A program made the translations under genes and the position numbers. Below, in pieces: positions 1-15,000 of a DNA stretch of 64,000 nucleotides. Every line of letters begins with the position of its first letter. Position 1 is the stretch's first letter. Below the pieces are notes generated by a model. The model was given only the letters and a program-made list of their open reading frames with translations. It was not told where the DNA came from and searched no databases. The stretch lies in assembly GCA_905178155.1 (NCBI GenBank), contig CAJINV010000003.1, positions 7,266,372 through 7,330,371 on the forward strand. The letters run 5' to 3'. The DNA is from Amoebophrya sp. A120 (lineage: Eukaryota; Protista; Dinoflagellata).

Positions 1-3000
1 TGAAGCGGCACAGGGGCCCGGTCGCTGCGCGGTCGTAGGCATCTGCGTTGGGGGGCGGCACGACGCCTTGCGGGGTGTGGAGCGCGAGCGAATTCCGGGT
101 CCACTGGTTGAAGCCGAACTGGCCCGTCATGTAGCCACCGTGGGTCGTGAACCCGGTGACGGAGCCGTCCAAATCGTGCCAGATTGCGTACCGGCTGTAG
201 GATTCCGTCCACAGCAGCCCCCCGGTCGCGTTCACCAGGGTGACGGCACTCATGCGGTGCGTGGGCACCAGGTAACCAAAGGCGGGGCAGTTGAAGCCGC
301 CGGCGAACGGCGGCTGGTCGCCGTAATTGACGATGGTGATGTTGTGCATCCAGTACCCGTCCTGCCCGTTGAAGTAGAACCCCAGACCCGGGTTGCGCCG
401 GTTGGGCTCCTCCATGTCCCCGACCATGAGCCAGTTTTGGAACATCGGCCGCGCCGGGTTGTCGTCCGGGTCCGTAAACTTCGTGACGTAGCCAACGCCC
501 GAAGGCTCGATCACGTTGAAGTCCCAGTAGTGGCAGGGGTTGCAGAGCTTCACAAACAGCGTCGCCCCGCAGTGCACCGCGGTGAACTTGTTGACGTACA
601 AGTCCAGGTTCGGAGCCCACGCCGGGAAGAACTGGATGGCCATGCCGCAGCCCACAGCGGAGTTGTTGACCATGTGGTTGTACTGGATGCTCTCCCCCGC
701 GAACTCGCCTTTCGGGTTGAAGCGGTACCCGAACGCCGAGGCGTAGCCGACGTTGCTGTCCCAGATAACGCTCCCATGCACTGCCCAGTAGGCCGCCGGG
801 GTGGTATCGTCCGCGAGGCCGAGCACCATCGGCAGCGCCTTGATGAACACGTTGTTGCGCCACACGGTCTCCTTTTCGTCCCCGTTCTCGATCTGCATGT
901 TGTGAGCCTTGATCAGGTACCCCACGTTGCCCTCCGCGACGGTAAACTTCGTGGAGTGCGCCACCACGCCGCGCATGAAGGAGTGGTGGATCGCGCAGTT
1001 GTGAACGTACGACTTGTACACGTCGACCTGCCGGCCCGGGGACATCTTGTGAAAGTGCGTGCAGTAGCGACCCATCTGGCCTCCCTGGCCGCAGTTCCGG
1101 ACCTCCACGTCCTTCAGCCGGTATTCGCCACCGTAGAACGCACCGGTGTGCACGCCCCAGTCGGCGAGGTGCGAGTCCTGCGAGCCCTGGATCACGATGT
1201 TGCGCGACAACGTGCAGATGTGGGGCCGCAGATCCGGGATTGTGTTGCGGTCGTCCGCAAAATACCGGTACTGGATGGCCTCGTGGTAGTTTGCCAGCGG
1301 CTTTGCGAGGAACAGCACCGCCACCTCCTCATACTCCGGAGGCTTCATTTCTGTGACCACCGCAGCTCCGGTGCTGGCACGCATTCCCTCGCCGAAGGGC
1401 CCCACGGATTGGTCTCCGCTCACGACCGTCGGCACGCCGTCAATCACCAGCATCCCGTTGGCGCGGTCGTACAGGGTGAGGTTTGCGGAAACGAGCGTGG
1501 CCTCCTCGACAGGGTGGGCGAGGACGAGGTCGTAGCCCGGCTCCCAGTTCGGCAGGGCGTCCACGATCACAAAGTCCTCGCCCGGGTTGGCAGACTCCGC
1601 GAGGCGCACACAGTTCCTGGTCCGCCGCCCGTGGATGTCCAGTTTCCCGACCTTGCGTGCGATCGAGCTGTCGCCACCCAAATTGCCCTGGTTCGTCACG
1701 ACCACCATCTTCTGCCCGATGTACGGCAGCTCCACGGTTTTGTATTTGTCGCCGTGGAGGGTGAGGACAACGCGGTTCTCGTAGGGAATCAGGTCGGTCC
1801 CGATTTCCAGCGTGCCACCGTGGACCCAGAACCACGTGGAATCGTAGGTGAGCCGCGGTTTCGTGTTATCGAACACCATCACGCCCGCCACGTAGGTGAG
1901 TCCCAGCTGGGGCACGGACTGGTCCACCATGATGGCCTGCCCCTCGGGGACCCACGCGGAGTCGCCCCTCCGCGGCAGCTCCTCGTTCAGCCAATTGGCC
2001 GGGTCGCTCCACTTGTCCAGATAGCGGTAGAAGATGCGCAGCCGGTCCGTGCGAATCGCGAATCCCTTGCCCGGGATGCGAACCGAAAAGCTCGAAGGCT
2101 TGATTCCGTCGGACCGGGGGGCAGTGCGACACTGCATCGAGTCGTCAGTTCGGTTGGCCCAGTTGGTCACTTCCATGCAATCGTAACCGTTGAACGCGAC
2201 CTCTGCAAATCGGGGCCGGAACAGGTACGACTCGGTAACGCTGGTGTTGCTGGTCAGGTTCTGCACGCGATCGGAGATATTCTGCGCGTCGCGTTCCTGC
2301 ATGACGATTTCCATGAAGTCGTCCAAGTCTTCTGCTCGCACCGCAGGTGCAACCAGCGGTCCGAATGCGGCCGAGTTCACACCTGCGCTTCCGGTCGCAA
2401 AAACATCACCGAGATTTTGCCCGGAAAGAGTCACAAGGGTGTTTCCACGGGCAGTGCCGTTTCGCGGATCGACGTCGGATATGAATGGCGTCAGGTGGTG
2501 CATTGCCTTGTAGTACAGCAGGTCCTGACTGTTGTGTCTGCGGAGCGTCTCGCTGGTGCGGAGGAAACGCACTGCAGAGGCGAGAATTGGACCTGGCCCT
2601 TTGGAACCCACCGCCGTATCATTGGAGGTGCTGTTGTCGTCCGCAGGAGCGGTGGACGAGGCAGCGCTAGCCCCCGCAGGAGAAGTTGCGTTCACGTCAA
2701 TTTCAATGTGGTGCACGACTGCCGATGTCGAGACGTCGGAGTTGGACGTGTGCACGTACGAAGTCAGGTCGAGATAGTACACTCCGCGAGTGGCCATCGA
2801 CAGTCCGGACGCGAGCAGCGTTGACTGAACGGAACCCGCAGTGCCAACAAGTTCGACACTGTGCAGCTCTTGGCGATGCAACGTGCTGTTTGACCCTGCC
2901 GCTGTTCCGTTTCCGAAATGGCTGAAAGCCGGCGTGATGTAGCCGTGCACGTGACTGTTGCCTGTACTCTTTGTTGCGTGCACGCGAATGTCAAATTGGG

Positions 3001-6000
3001 CTCGCTCATCGTCCACAAGGAAAAGGAACCGTCCGTAATCCCGCGGATAAACCGGCGCCATGTGATTGGGCATCATGACGAACCCGCTCGTGGTCTGCGA
3101 GAGCCGAACGGTGTGCAGCTTGCCGGGCACCGGAGAGGTGGATTCGTAGGAATCCGTTGCGACTTGTACCGCGCGGAAGGAGTCTCCCGGAATCACCGAG
3201 GTCGTCGAAGAACCCGCGCTACTAGCGTCCCCAGGAGCTCGGTTCGCGAGATTCTCGTAGTGCGCGTCTGGGTGTTTCACCTTCTCGACCACCACTGGGC
3301 AGTGGGCGCCGCTGGCGTACGCGGCGGCGGGAATCACATATCCCGTGAACTTCACTTCGCGCAGCCGACAGCCGGCCGTACTCTGTCCGAGGTACCGGAA
3401 GACCCGCCCGATGAAGGGCGCATCTAGGTCGACGGTGTTCCAGCCGCCCTTCACGTAGCCCGAACTCGGGATGGAGTACATCGTGGTGTACCCCCCGGTT
3501 CCCGTGTCATTGGCGACCTGGAACCGCGTGTTGCGTAGCGTTGCACGGTCGTCCTGGGAGTAGGGCGGATAGAACTTCACTTGTTTCACCAAGGCCAGGT
3601 ACCCCTCGGGCAGGGTGAAGCCGACGCTGCAGTCGGACCCCGGCAGGTCGGGGTAGTCGACCAGGTCGTTGTCAAAGAGTTGCATGAAGCGCCAAAAGGA
3701 CGTGTCGGTCATGGCACCAGAGTGACTTCCAAAAATTCTAGCGGGCTCACTCAAGAACGGCGACACGCGAATGTCCTCGTAGAAGTACTTCCGGTCGTTT
3801 TCCGTCATCTCGGAGTTGTTGAAATACAGTTCGTTCAACAAGTGCAGATTCTGGTGCCGCGGGGTGCGCACTGTGAGTTGATCATACCGCGCGGCTCTCA
3901 CCTCCGCGGGTCGTCCACAGATCGTCACGGAATTCTGGTCCGGCGACGTGCCGAAACCCCGGCCGTGGATGTGGAGGTCGACCCCTCCTCCAAGCCCGCC
4001 CTGCAGCGGATCGCACGAGGTGGCGGCGTTGGGCTGCTGGCAGGGGAGGTCCAAGGCCTGCGCCGAGGTGTTAGCGCTTCCCGCGGGGACAATGCCGGTT
4101 AACGAACTTACCCCCGATATCTCAAACAGACTCTGGAAGACCGCGGGTTTTCCCTGCACCGAGGACCGTGCCAAGGTGTACCCGATGTTCGGTTGGTACA
4201 CTTTCACTTCGTACAGTCCCGCCGGAACCGTGTTTGCCGCAACGGTGCATTTGATGTGCAGTGCCTCCACCGTCGCCGAGCTGTCGTCCATTGCACCCAG
4301 GCGCGCCGGATGATCCACCGGTGAGACGTCTGCTAAGTACCGCCATTCCGAAACCTCGCAAGCAAGTGCACTGTCCCAGTCCATTCCTTTGCCGATGACC
4401 ACCATGGGACTAGACGGCGGCTCCGCAACGTCACTGCGCGGCAATTGCTCCCCGGTGCCGTTTCCGCGCAGATGCGGAGGCGGGTTCTCGACAAACACGT
4501 CGATTTCGGCCCCGCCGAACCCGTGCGGGTTGGACACGTGGCTAATGTAACTAGTGCTGTCGTACGTGAAGTTCACCCGCGCGACGTCCGACAGGTAAGA
4601 CGGAATTTCGTGCTCCACGTCGCCGTAGCCGATCGAATCCGGGTCGTCCAAGCGATAGGGCACGAATCCCATGTACTGCAGCGTGGCAGCCTCGGATTTG
4701 TGATTGAAGCGGCCGATCGACGTGCACAAATCGTAACTCAGAATGCACTGTCCCAGCTTGAGGTCGACCCCCAAACTGAAGGACCGACAGCCCTGCCAGA
4801 ACCGGTCCACGCACTCCTGCTCGCAGTCCTCTCGTGTGAAGATCTCCATCGGCAGCAGCTCGTTGGCTTTCGCGCCCGGCGCTGCGGAGGACTGCAAACA
4901 AACCCCCTCAGACTGAACGGCAGTCGACGTAAGGTTCGTTGGCCGAATGCCGAACTGGATGTTGGGCACGTTCAACCACGAGGCGAAATCCGAATGGGAA
5001 TGAATCGGCGTGTCCGCGTTCGGGGTGATACAGCGAAACTCGGTGTGGGTTGTCTTTTTCATGGGGCACTCGCCGATCGTGAGCATTTGGGGATGCTTGC
5101 ACGTCGTCGAGGACGGATCGGGCGGGTCGAAAATCGTGTTGTAAACAAGAAAAACCGAGTGATAGCCGGTCTCAAAGCCGAAGCCTCGACCGGTGATCTT
5201 CACCTGCGTCCCGCCAGCGATCGATCCGCTTCGCACGTCGATGCTGGCCATGTCAAAGGCTTGCGAAAAGCGAAGGTTCGGCGTGTGTCGTGTCCCTGTC
5301 ATGTTCAAGGCGTATGTCAAGTGGTGTTTCAACGTGGAATTAAAATTAGCCGGGAGTTGGTGGGGCTGGATGTTGCTTGCCTGCAAATTTGACGCCGTGT
5401 AGTCCGCCTCGATTTTCAAATAAGAATTTTGCATCCCAGCCGGAAACTGGCAAACGTCGGCGTTCAAAATCGAAATGTCCATCGAGCCGCAACTCGAGCC
5501 GAACCAGCCCTCGTAGCAGTTGCAACTCCCATCCATGGGGTCGCAGAACCCGTGGCTCGCGGCAGTGCAGTTCGTGTTGGCCTCGCAGTACGTGCCACAG
5601 GTCGGGCCGTAGTAATTGCGACCGCACTGCGAGCAGTCGTAGTTGCCATCCCAGTTTTTCTCACAGGAACAACTTCCGTCGGACGCACAAGCGCCGTGCC
5701 CGTTGCATGTGGTCGCGGCGTCACAGTAGGTGAAGCACTGGCCCGCCGGATAGTAGTTTGGCGCGCACTGGTCGCACTTCGCACCGCCCCAACCGGGCAG
5801 GCAGGTGCACGCTCCGGTCTGCTGATCGCACGAGCGAGAACCTCGCTGGTGGCACTCGCACTTCTGGTCGCAGAGGTCCCCGAAGTAACCGGGCTTGCAG
5901 ACGCAGTTCGTGGAACTGCACGCGATCGTGCCCCGGGCGTTGCACAGTTTCGGCAAACAGGACAGTGCGCAGATGCCGTGCGGAACAAAGCCCGCCGCGC

Positions 6001-9000
6001 ACTCATCGCACCTCGCCCCCGTCCAGCCCGGTTTGCAACTGCAGGCCCCGGTGTAGGGATCGCATTGACCGCCCGCCAGCGTTCCAGCCGCGTGGCAGCT
6101 GCACTGCCCAGAGCAGTCGGTGCGGAAAAATCCGGGCTTGCATGTGCATTCTCCCGTTCCCTCTGACGTGCCCACACCATGCGCTGATTGCGTGTTCTGC
6201 GGGTGACAGGTAGAGTGATACTGGCACGCTGCGCCGTAGTAGCCGTTCACGCTGTTGGGATCTTTTGGTGGACAGCGGCACGCGCCTGTATTCGGATCGC
6301 AGTCGCCGTTGACGCAATTACAGTAGAACGAGCACTTCGGCAGAACGGAAGTAAGATCGCGTGCCGGAACGAGATACCGGTCTGTCCGAAAGCTGACGTC
6401 AACACCCGGACCGTCGTGCCCAGGCTTTTGCAGACCCATGAAAGTGTTCGCTTTGACCGTAATAGTGAACAGTTCCTGTCGAACATCGCCGGGGAAACTA
6501 AGAACAACGGCCTTGGCCTCGTTTGCCGTACTGTAGTTGGAATGGAACGCAACGTCCGTCACATTTCGCTGGTCAATCGGCTCGCAGGAAAGCGCAGAAC
6601 CGCAACTCTGCACCTCGACAACGGCGTCCAAGCTTCCGCTTTTGCCTTCGACTTCCTCTGAAAACAGCAGAAAAACTCTGCTTCGATTCTGCACGTGATC
6701 AAACAACACTTCGTAGTCCACCACGCCCGGGCGCAAACCACTCGCCGCGGTCTCGTTTACTTCCACGTGATAGAACCCCTGCGTGCTTAGCGCAATGTTT
6801 TGCGGACCGTTTCCGGAGGGCTGCGCAGCACGCAGCACATTCGGCGGGATCTCAATGTGAAACGTAGCACCATCGACAAACTTATACTGCGTAATGCAAT
6901 CAGGCGAAATGCCTTGCTCTTCCGGTGGAGTACTACTCGGTGGCGGCGCGGGGCTGGAACAATTGGACATGCTTGGCGCAAACACGAGATACTTCCCGTG
7001 CACGACCAGTTTGTGCACCGGAATTTCAAGCATGCCCACACCCGATGGGGCGCTCGTGCTGGGCGGCGCACTCGACGAGGGGCCGCCCGGCGACGAAGCA
7101 TTTGTGTCGTTACTGGTCTCGTTCATGGTGGAGTCCACTCCGCTGCCTGGTTGCCCGGTCGGTGAAGAAGATCCTGCCGCGGGTCCCAGAAAATCAGAAG
7201 CATTTGAAGAATCTGACGCGTTGCTCATGTTGCTGCCATTTGACGTATTTGACATATTCGACCCGAAGTGGTGCGTCAAAAGACGCAGGGCTGCGTCGGC
7301 ATCATAGTCCTCGTCAAAGCGAATAGCAGAAGCAGCGCTAGGCTGAGCAAAATCTTCTTCCGCTAAAGCGTACGACCCGTCTTCATCTCCTTTTTGCAAA
7401 TCCTCATAATTTGCAGCCGAAGCATCTTCTGATAAACGCCTCCCGTGAGCTGCAACCCCTCCTGGAGCACTGAGCAATTTAACCATGCCTTTCGCGCCCG
7501 GTACGACTTCAATCGGTCGATCAAACGCCACAAAGACCAAGCCCTCGGGCGAAATGAAGTTCGCCTCGGGCTTTGCCACGGGCGCGGCTGGGGCGGGGTG
7601 GCTGTCGCACGGACTGAGTCGCGGGGAGGCGCCAGGGCCATGGAAATGCTGCGCCAGAAAAGCGCTGTTCAACTCCGCAATGATGCCCGTCGCTGCGGCA
7701 CTGCGCGTTCCGTAGGCATCCGCAGCTACTTCTGGAACGACGGACAGCGAAAACCTCCTCCCGTCTTGCATGTCAAGAGATGCATCCCCGAAGGGCGGCG
7801 GTGCGGTGAAGCCGGTCGCGATCAGTCGAATTCGCCCGTGCTGCGCGAGGGTGACATTGGTGACAGTCATCGCCCGATTGTCGCACGATTCGGGACGGCA
7901 GTCGAGATCAAAGCCACAGTCGGTCAAAGTGAACGACGAAGCAACCGCGTTCCCCGTCACCAAAAGCTGACTAACGTCGCGCGACAAACGCAATTCAAAG
8001 GCGAGCGTCGTGTTGTCACTGAGCATCATTTCCTCGACGGCGCGATCCCCGAACGCGAGTTCCGAAATGGAATCGTTAGCGAAGCGAAGACTGTAAAAGG
8101 CCTTGGTCTCGAACAGTGTGGGTTTGGGCGCCGCTTTTGCGAGGACACGGAAATAAATCTGTCGTCCAGCGTTGAAAACGCCCGCGCCCTTCTCCGGCAA
8201 TCGCATGCGGATCATCTTTGCGTGGTGGTGGTCCGACACCTCAAACATTCCCCCCGCGTCCGCCATCGTTGCGAGTTCGGCATCCGTCCCGAAATCGAGT
8301 ATTCGAACGTCTTGTGCCTCAAACAGCTGCGCCACACCGGCGGAAACCGTCCACTGCACCTGCTCCCGATGCGCGTGCGCAGAGCTGATAGTTGCGTTGC
8401 TACCTGGCGTCCATTCGCAGGGTGCGAGCTCATGCGGGTTATGAGCGGTCTGGTTGATGGCACCCGAGAGCGCAAAGTCGTAGGTCGCGTTCACAAGGTT
8501 CATTTCGTTGTTCCCGGACGAATCAGTGACCAGCCCAGGCAAAATGGTGAGCTGCAACTTCCGCCGCAGAGGGTGTGGACCAGTAGCGGGGATCCGGATC
8601 TGAACAGCAAGGAGCCCGGGAATCGTGTCCGTAAACCGTGCGTCAGTGCCGTAACTCCCCAGAACACTGGCCATCGAGGCTCCTGGAACTTGGAGGGCGT
8701 TCGCCGTGTATCCCTTGTTGTACATGACACCCGTCACATGCGCGCTCACGTCCAGCATTTCGTTGTCGCACGCCGAATGGCAGTCCATATCCCAGCCGCA
8801 ATCCGACAACTCGAAGAACTGCATCTCATTCACACCGTTCTTCTTCGAGATTTGATGGCTAAAGTAGACTGAAAACACAACGTGGTAGTTGCTGCCGGAA
8901 GGATCCAGAAGCTCCAGGGGACTGTCGATGTGAAATATCGGGTAGACTGGCATGCTGCGGGGCTGCGTTCCGCTCGGTGCAGTGTTGAATGTGTACTCGA

Positions 9001-12000
9001 GCGGCGGAGTCAGAGTGCTCAACAAACCCATCTTGTTGCCGTCCCGATCCTGTAAAAGGCCATAGCGCTCCGTGTGCAAGTGGTACGCTTTGCCAGGCTG
9101 CAGCTCAGTGAATTGGCTTTGCTGTGATGCAGCCCCGGTAGACGAGGAAGGGCCGGCAGTTTGGTTGGCTCCTGATGTCGTGTTGGCGCCGTAGAGAGTG
9201 AGCACGCTGGGGGTGAGGTACAGGTATTTGTCGGACAGAAAACGATGGAAGGGCTGGTCCTTCAGAATGGCTAGGTCCAAGGCGAAATCCGGTGGCATCG
9301 AATAGTTGGCACCACTGTGATGCGCCCTGATCTCGATCACGCCCAGGTTGGCGAAGTCGATGGGTTCCGAGAACTTAAGGATCAGGTTCTCAGTTGCTGC
9401 AGAGACCCCCACAGCTCCGTGCGCCGGATGCGAACTTGCGGTGTCCAGAATGGGACCCTGAAGTGTCATCGGAGCCTTCGGAAACCATCCTACGGCACAC
9501 TGGTCGCAAGTTGGTCCTGTGAATCCAGTTTCGCAGACGCAGTCTCCGTTCAGGTTGCAGGAGCCCTTGCCGTTGCAGGTGGTTTCTGCTTTGCAGTACT
9601 TGCTGCAGCTACCGGGCGGCGCAGGATAATAGTCGGGCTTGCACGTCTCGCACAGCGCGCCACTGCGCCAGGGCCAGCACTGACACTGGTTGCCAGAGCA
9701 GCTCTGCGTACCTCCGGCATCGCAGTTTACATCGCAAGTCATGCTGCAGTTGCCGCTCGGAACACGGAAGTCTGCGCAGAATTCGCAGTTGGTGCCATTG
9801 AATCCGTCGAAGCAAGTACAGCTGCCGTCGCCCTGGTTCCCGTCGTTGCAGGTTCCGGACAGAACCGGGGTGGGCGCGAACGCTACGCCGTCGTGCATGT
9901 TCACCCGGTCGGCGTAACAACGACACTCGTTCTCGCACTTCGTACCCCACCAGTTCGGTTTGCAGTGGCAGGCTCCTGTCCACGGGTCCACCTGATGGGT
10001 GCCTGCCGGGCTGCACGCCGCGTCGTTTTCGCAGTATGCTCCCCAGAAATAATCTTCGCACTTGCAGCGAGGGTGGGTGACGTTGACCAATCGTTCCTCC
10101 GTTTCCTCATTGACCAGGGCGACCTGACCACTACTAGTGCCATTAGATTTAGAGCCATTAGTTCCATTTGTGCCATTAGCCGGCACACTCGTCGATTCCG
10201 TCACGTTCCGCATCTCTTCTCGCACAAAGGGGTGGTTGCAAACCCCCCGCTTGTTGCAGATAGCGATCGAATCGCACTGGCTGCAGTCCGCCCCCGTCCA
10301 GCCGTGATCGCACGTACAAGCCAAAATGTCTTGCGTCTGCCCGTTCACCTGTCGCTCGACGGCCCCGCACTGCCCGTGGCCCGAGCAGTGCTGTGTGGCG
10401 TTACAGAAAACGGAGCACGAATTTCCGTAGTAGTTCGCCGCGCATGTGTCACACAGCGCTCCGTTGAAGCCCTCCTTGCACTGGCAAGTGTTTTGTCCAG
10501 GCGCGGTGGTGGCATCGGAAGAGCAGGACAGCGTGTTGCGCGGGTCGCACGGAGTCTTTCCAACACAAACCGTATCGCAGTGCGGAAAATTGATGTACCC
10601 TGGCGCGCACTGATCGCACCTCGGTCCGGCAAATCCCGTCTTGCAGACGCAGGTCCCATCGGCGCGATCCCGTTGCGGGTGAAAGAGCCCGTCGTTGCAA
10701 AATGCCGTGCCGGCCTGGTGGCAATTGCAGTCGCGGTCGCAGTTGGCGCCGAACCGGTTTCGTGGGCACTGCACCTTGCAAATACCCGCGTAACTACCGT
10801 CGTTGGTACTATCACTGGCGCTGCAGCAGGCACCATCCTTCTCCGGATGGCATCGCCTGGAACACATGATGGTGGTCACCATGGACTCGTCGTTCGCCTT
10901 GGAGGCGTCATTGCCGCCGCCCGGATGCACCACAATGGGTAGCACCAACCGATGGGCCCCCGCGATGAAGCCATTCTGTGCAATGTGCACCTCTACGTGC
11001 CGCATTTCCTGCGTCAGATCAATGTTGGCCTGCAGGATCGCGATACCCGTACCCATGGTGGAATTGGCGAAGCTCTTCACCATGTCGGACGCGTGTTGCG
11101 CCACACTCACCACGTCGTTGTGATTCGCCAGATAGAACCCGCACTCGTTTCGAGGCTCGGTCAAATTTGTGAACACGGTCTCGAGGCTGGAACAGTGCCC
11201 CGCGGAAGTAGAGTCGTTGAAGCGCTTCATTTCCGGCCGCTCGCTAAATTGGCACTCGACCGCGCCGCAATCCTTGATGTGCACGTCCGCATCGGCGCCC
11301 ACCGTTGTTTGCAGGGCTCTGTCAAAGTGCAGGAAGAAGAGCACAGTGGCCATGGTCGCGTTGCCAGAAGCTCCACTCGGACCGCTGTTGTGCTCGAAAA
11401 CTCTGTAGTCAAAGAAAAGCATATGCGGCGCCCCGTTTCCGTCTGTAGGAGCTGGGTGGTGCTGGTTATTTGTGCTGAAGGTGTACATGGTTTCATTCGT
11501 GAACTCGTAGCCTGGCGTGGGTTGGTTCCAACCGACATACTGCTTATTTCCGACAGCGTTCGCGTCGCGGATGACCGCCTGGGAAAAATCGAGAAAGTAC
11601 GTGGAGTTTTCTTCCAACGCTTGCTGGAGTTCCTGCGACGCCAGGGAGAGACGTCGACCCGCGGCATTCCGGTATCCGCCTCCTGCGACGGAGTCGTAGG
11701 GCAGCGGCAACGCGATGCGAAAAACTTCGTTCGCAGGTTCCACTTCGACATCGGTGTAGTTCACAACCGGCTGCGGATTCACAAAATCCACATAACGCTT
11801 GTCAAAAACGGCAGTGTCGTTCGGCTGCTTCATCACTTTGATAAAACCTGACACGGCAACAACTTCATGCGAAAACGTCAGAACGAGCGGGTCGTGAGGA
11901 GCGTGGTCCGATGTACCGTTTTTCGGCACGGAGTCATAAACCAATAGCTCGAGCGGGTAGCTCGGCCGCGCGGATTCGTTCGCGGCACGTGTCTGCGTAA

Positions 12001-15000
12001 GATTTGTCTTCGGGTGGTAGGCAGACCGACACGCCGCACAGTTTCCTGGCCCGGAACAGGGCTGATCGGTACGCTTGAAGCCGTCCGCGCACTCGAGCAC
12101 CATACTGGCGGCCGTCGCAACAGCTGACGAACCGCTGCTCGGGGCTGCAGAAAGCGCTCGCGGGGAAGATACTCCCGGTGTACTATCAGGTGACGAAAAA
12201 CCCATGGCTACGGCAGGTGTTGTCAAATCGGCGTGAAGCTCGGAGCTCGAATCAACTAAGTGATCACTATCCCATGCGATCCGGGCGTCATCGTCCGCCA
12301 GGTGTGCCGGTGCGGCTTTCATGCCGAACGCCGCAAGGCGCTGCAGCAGTGCACTTGAAGAAGGTTTGCGCGCCGCGGGGAGCGGCGCGGCAGAAGATGC
12401 ATCATCGGCGCTAAGACCGTCCGCGCGGAGGGCACGGCGGCCAGAACCTTTTGGCGTGGCGAGCACGTAATTTGGCGGCAAAGCTAGGTTACACTCCGCA
12501 CCTGTGTATCCCTGTTTGCACACGCACGATCCCCCGGAGGTGCCCCGGATGCAATGTTCCGTTCCAACCGGGTCACACTTGCACTGGTTCTCACATCGGG
12601 TTCCGTAGAAGTTTGGCTCGCAGACGCACTCCAGTTGTCCGTTGCGCACTTGGCACTCGCCTTGGCCAGCTACGCAGTGCGGACACGTGGCGGCCGGCCG
12701 CGTGATGCCTCGGTTCGTGCTGGTCAGCAGGCAGCGGGTATTGTCATAATTTCCGTGGAACAATTCGGCGCGAACCAGGGGCGTGTATGACAAGTTGTCG
12801 ATGAGCTTTGTGCTCTCGTTTGCGAGCGGAAACACCGCGGGCGCGTACTCCGTGGCGAAGCTCTGGCCCTGGAGAAGATCGCCCGCAACCACAACCCCGA
12901 AAGACTCCCCCGACAAAGCCGATTTTGGGAAGACTTCGAGCGCCGCAGGGGTGCTGCCCCAGTGGGATTTGTGCATGCAAGGCTGTGGTCGAAGAGCAGG
13001 GGCCGCAGTCGTGCTAGTACCTCCGCCCGCCCCGCCCGCGGTGCAATAACTCTCGGCCTTCACCATGTTGATGACCACTTTGGCCTCGGTGGTTACGGTC
13101 GCCACACCGCTGTACCGCCCGACGCGCATGGCTTCGAACCGCTCCAAGTATGGAACAGCCGTTGTATTGCAGCGGATCCGGGTGTCCAACACCTCAGTCA
13201 CCACGCAGGCGGACTTGGAGTTGGATGTCTCGTACGTACCGCGGTAGAAATACGTGAAGTTCGTTTCCAAGAAAACCGCGAAATTCGCAAGATCCAGCAC
13301 CATGGTAGAGTCGGGGTTGATGGCCCGCCGCTGTTGCAGCGACATACCGGGGACCAGCGCTGGACCGGTGTGAACCACCGTCGCAGCAGCGGTAGACGAA
13401 GCAGGGGCGGTAGAAGAGTTCGTCGCATTCGACGTATTGGACGTCCCGTTGCTTTGATTGCCACCGGCGCTGGGAGGACCCGCAGCAGACAGCTCGCGGC
13501 GCGACGCGCCATACATGAGTGCTCCAACGGCGTCAAAACTATCGTCCTCGCTGGTCGTGACTTCTTCATCGTCTGATGTTAGCTGCCGATGCAATTGGCT
13601 TGACGAGGGCAATCCACCCAGAAAACCGTACCCCTCGATGGTGGTTTGCACACCGCCCGCCAGACCATGGAAATCGTCCGGGGTGACGCGTGTCACGTAC
13701 ATCGCGGTGTCAAGCTGCTCCCCGGTCAGCATGGCATAGCCGAATGGCTTCACCGAAATTTTCGGTGTGAGTAGGAAATCGCTCACGCCCCTGTACATTT
13801 CCGGATCCAGCACGTAGTGGTTGAACTGCGTGCGCAGGTTCGGGTCCTCCACATACGTGGGCGAGTCAAAGTCGCGGGAGAGCCGGCAGGTCAGTCGCGT
13901 CGATCTCACCTCCTTTATCAAGCAGTTGCGACTCACACGCGGCTGGCCGCTCATGGTTTCTACCAAATCCACCGTGATGTGCTCCGAGTAGTCGAACGCG
14001 GTGTCGTTTTGCGGATTCAACGAGCCCGGCAAGTCCAAATACCCCAGCCAGGCTGGCGAGAAGTCGAAGGTCAGAACGCCCGGAAACCCGACCGCGAGTT
14101 TCACGGGCGCGAGGCTTTCGACCCGGCTGGTCAGCGTCGGGTCAAATGTAAAAGTGAAGTCGTGGATGGTCTCGTGTAGAATCTTCAGACCCCGCTGCTC
14201 GCAGCTGTAGTGCGGGGCGGCATTGCACGCCACGGCGATGTAGGGCACACGGCAGTACAAATTATTCGGCAAGATGTGGTCCTTTTTGCTGAAGCTCGTG
14301 CCGTCGTAAAAGAGCGCGGCGCGCGTCACGTTGGTTGTGTTGTCGGCGGCAGGTCGGTCCGACTCTTCGAGCGTGATGTTCCACATGTCTTCCCGGTGCG
14401 TGGCGTTTGCGTTCCAGCCCAAGTGAATGTGGGCGCAGGTGATTCGCTGCAGGCCAAATCCAGTGAACTCGATTTCAGTGCCGCCTGCAAGGGACCCCGA
14501 CGTCGGGTAAACGTTGTGCAGTTCCAACGCCACGTCCATCGTCAGGTTCTGGCTCATCGCGAACCCCTGACCACCGATGCTGATCTCCGGCTGCAGACCC
14601 CGTCCAACCGTTCCGTCCTGCAGCGTGCAGGTCACCTCAAAGCGGGTGGCGAATTGGAAATCCTTGAGCGGATGCACGATCGAAACGTTGGCGGACTGTT
14701 CTGCTCCGGCCGCTGATGCGCCGCCCCCGGCGCCGAGAAGCGCACGGAAGTTGTCGTCATTCTGGTCCGGACAGTTCTCAACGCAACGGTGCTGGGTCAC
14801 GAGGCAGTCCGAGTTCCCGACCGTGATGTTGAAGTCGGAGGTGCGCAGCCCGTACACTGAAGCGTTCACGTTCGCAAAAAGCGGCTCACCCAGCAGACTA
14901 GTCCGCACGCTCCTACCACCGCTTCGCGTGATCACCACTGTGCCGTTCTCACCCATTCGCGTTGCCGCCGACCCCTCCCCGCGCGGCGCCATCAAATGTC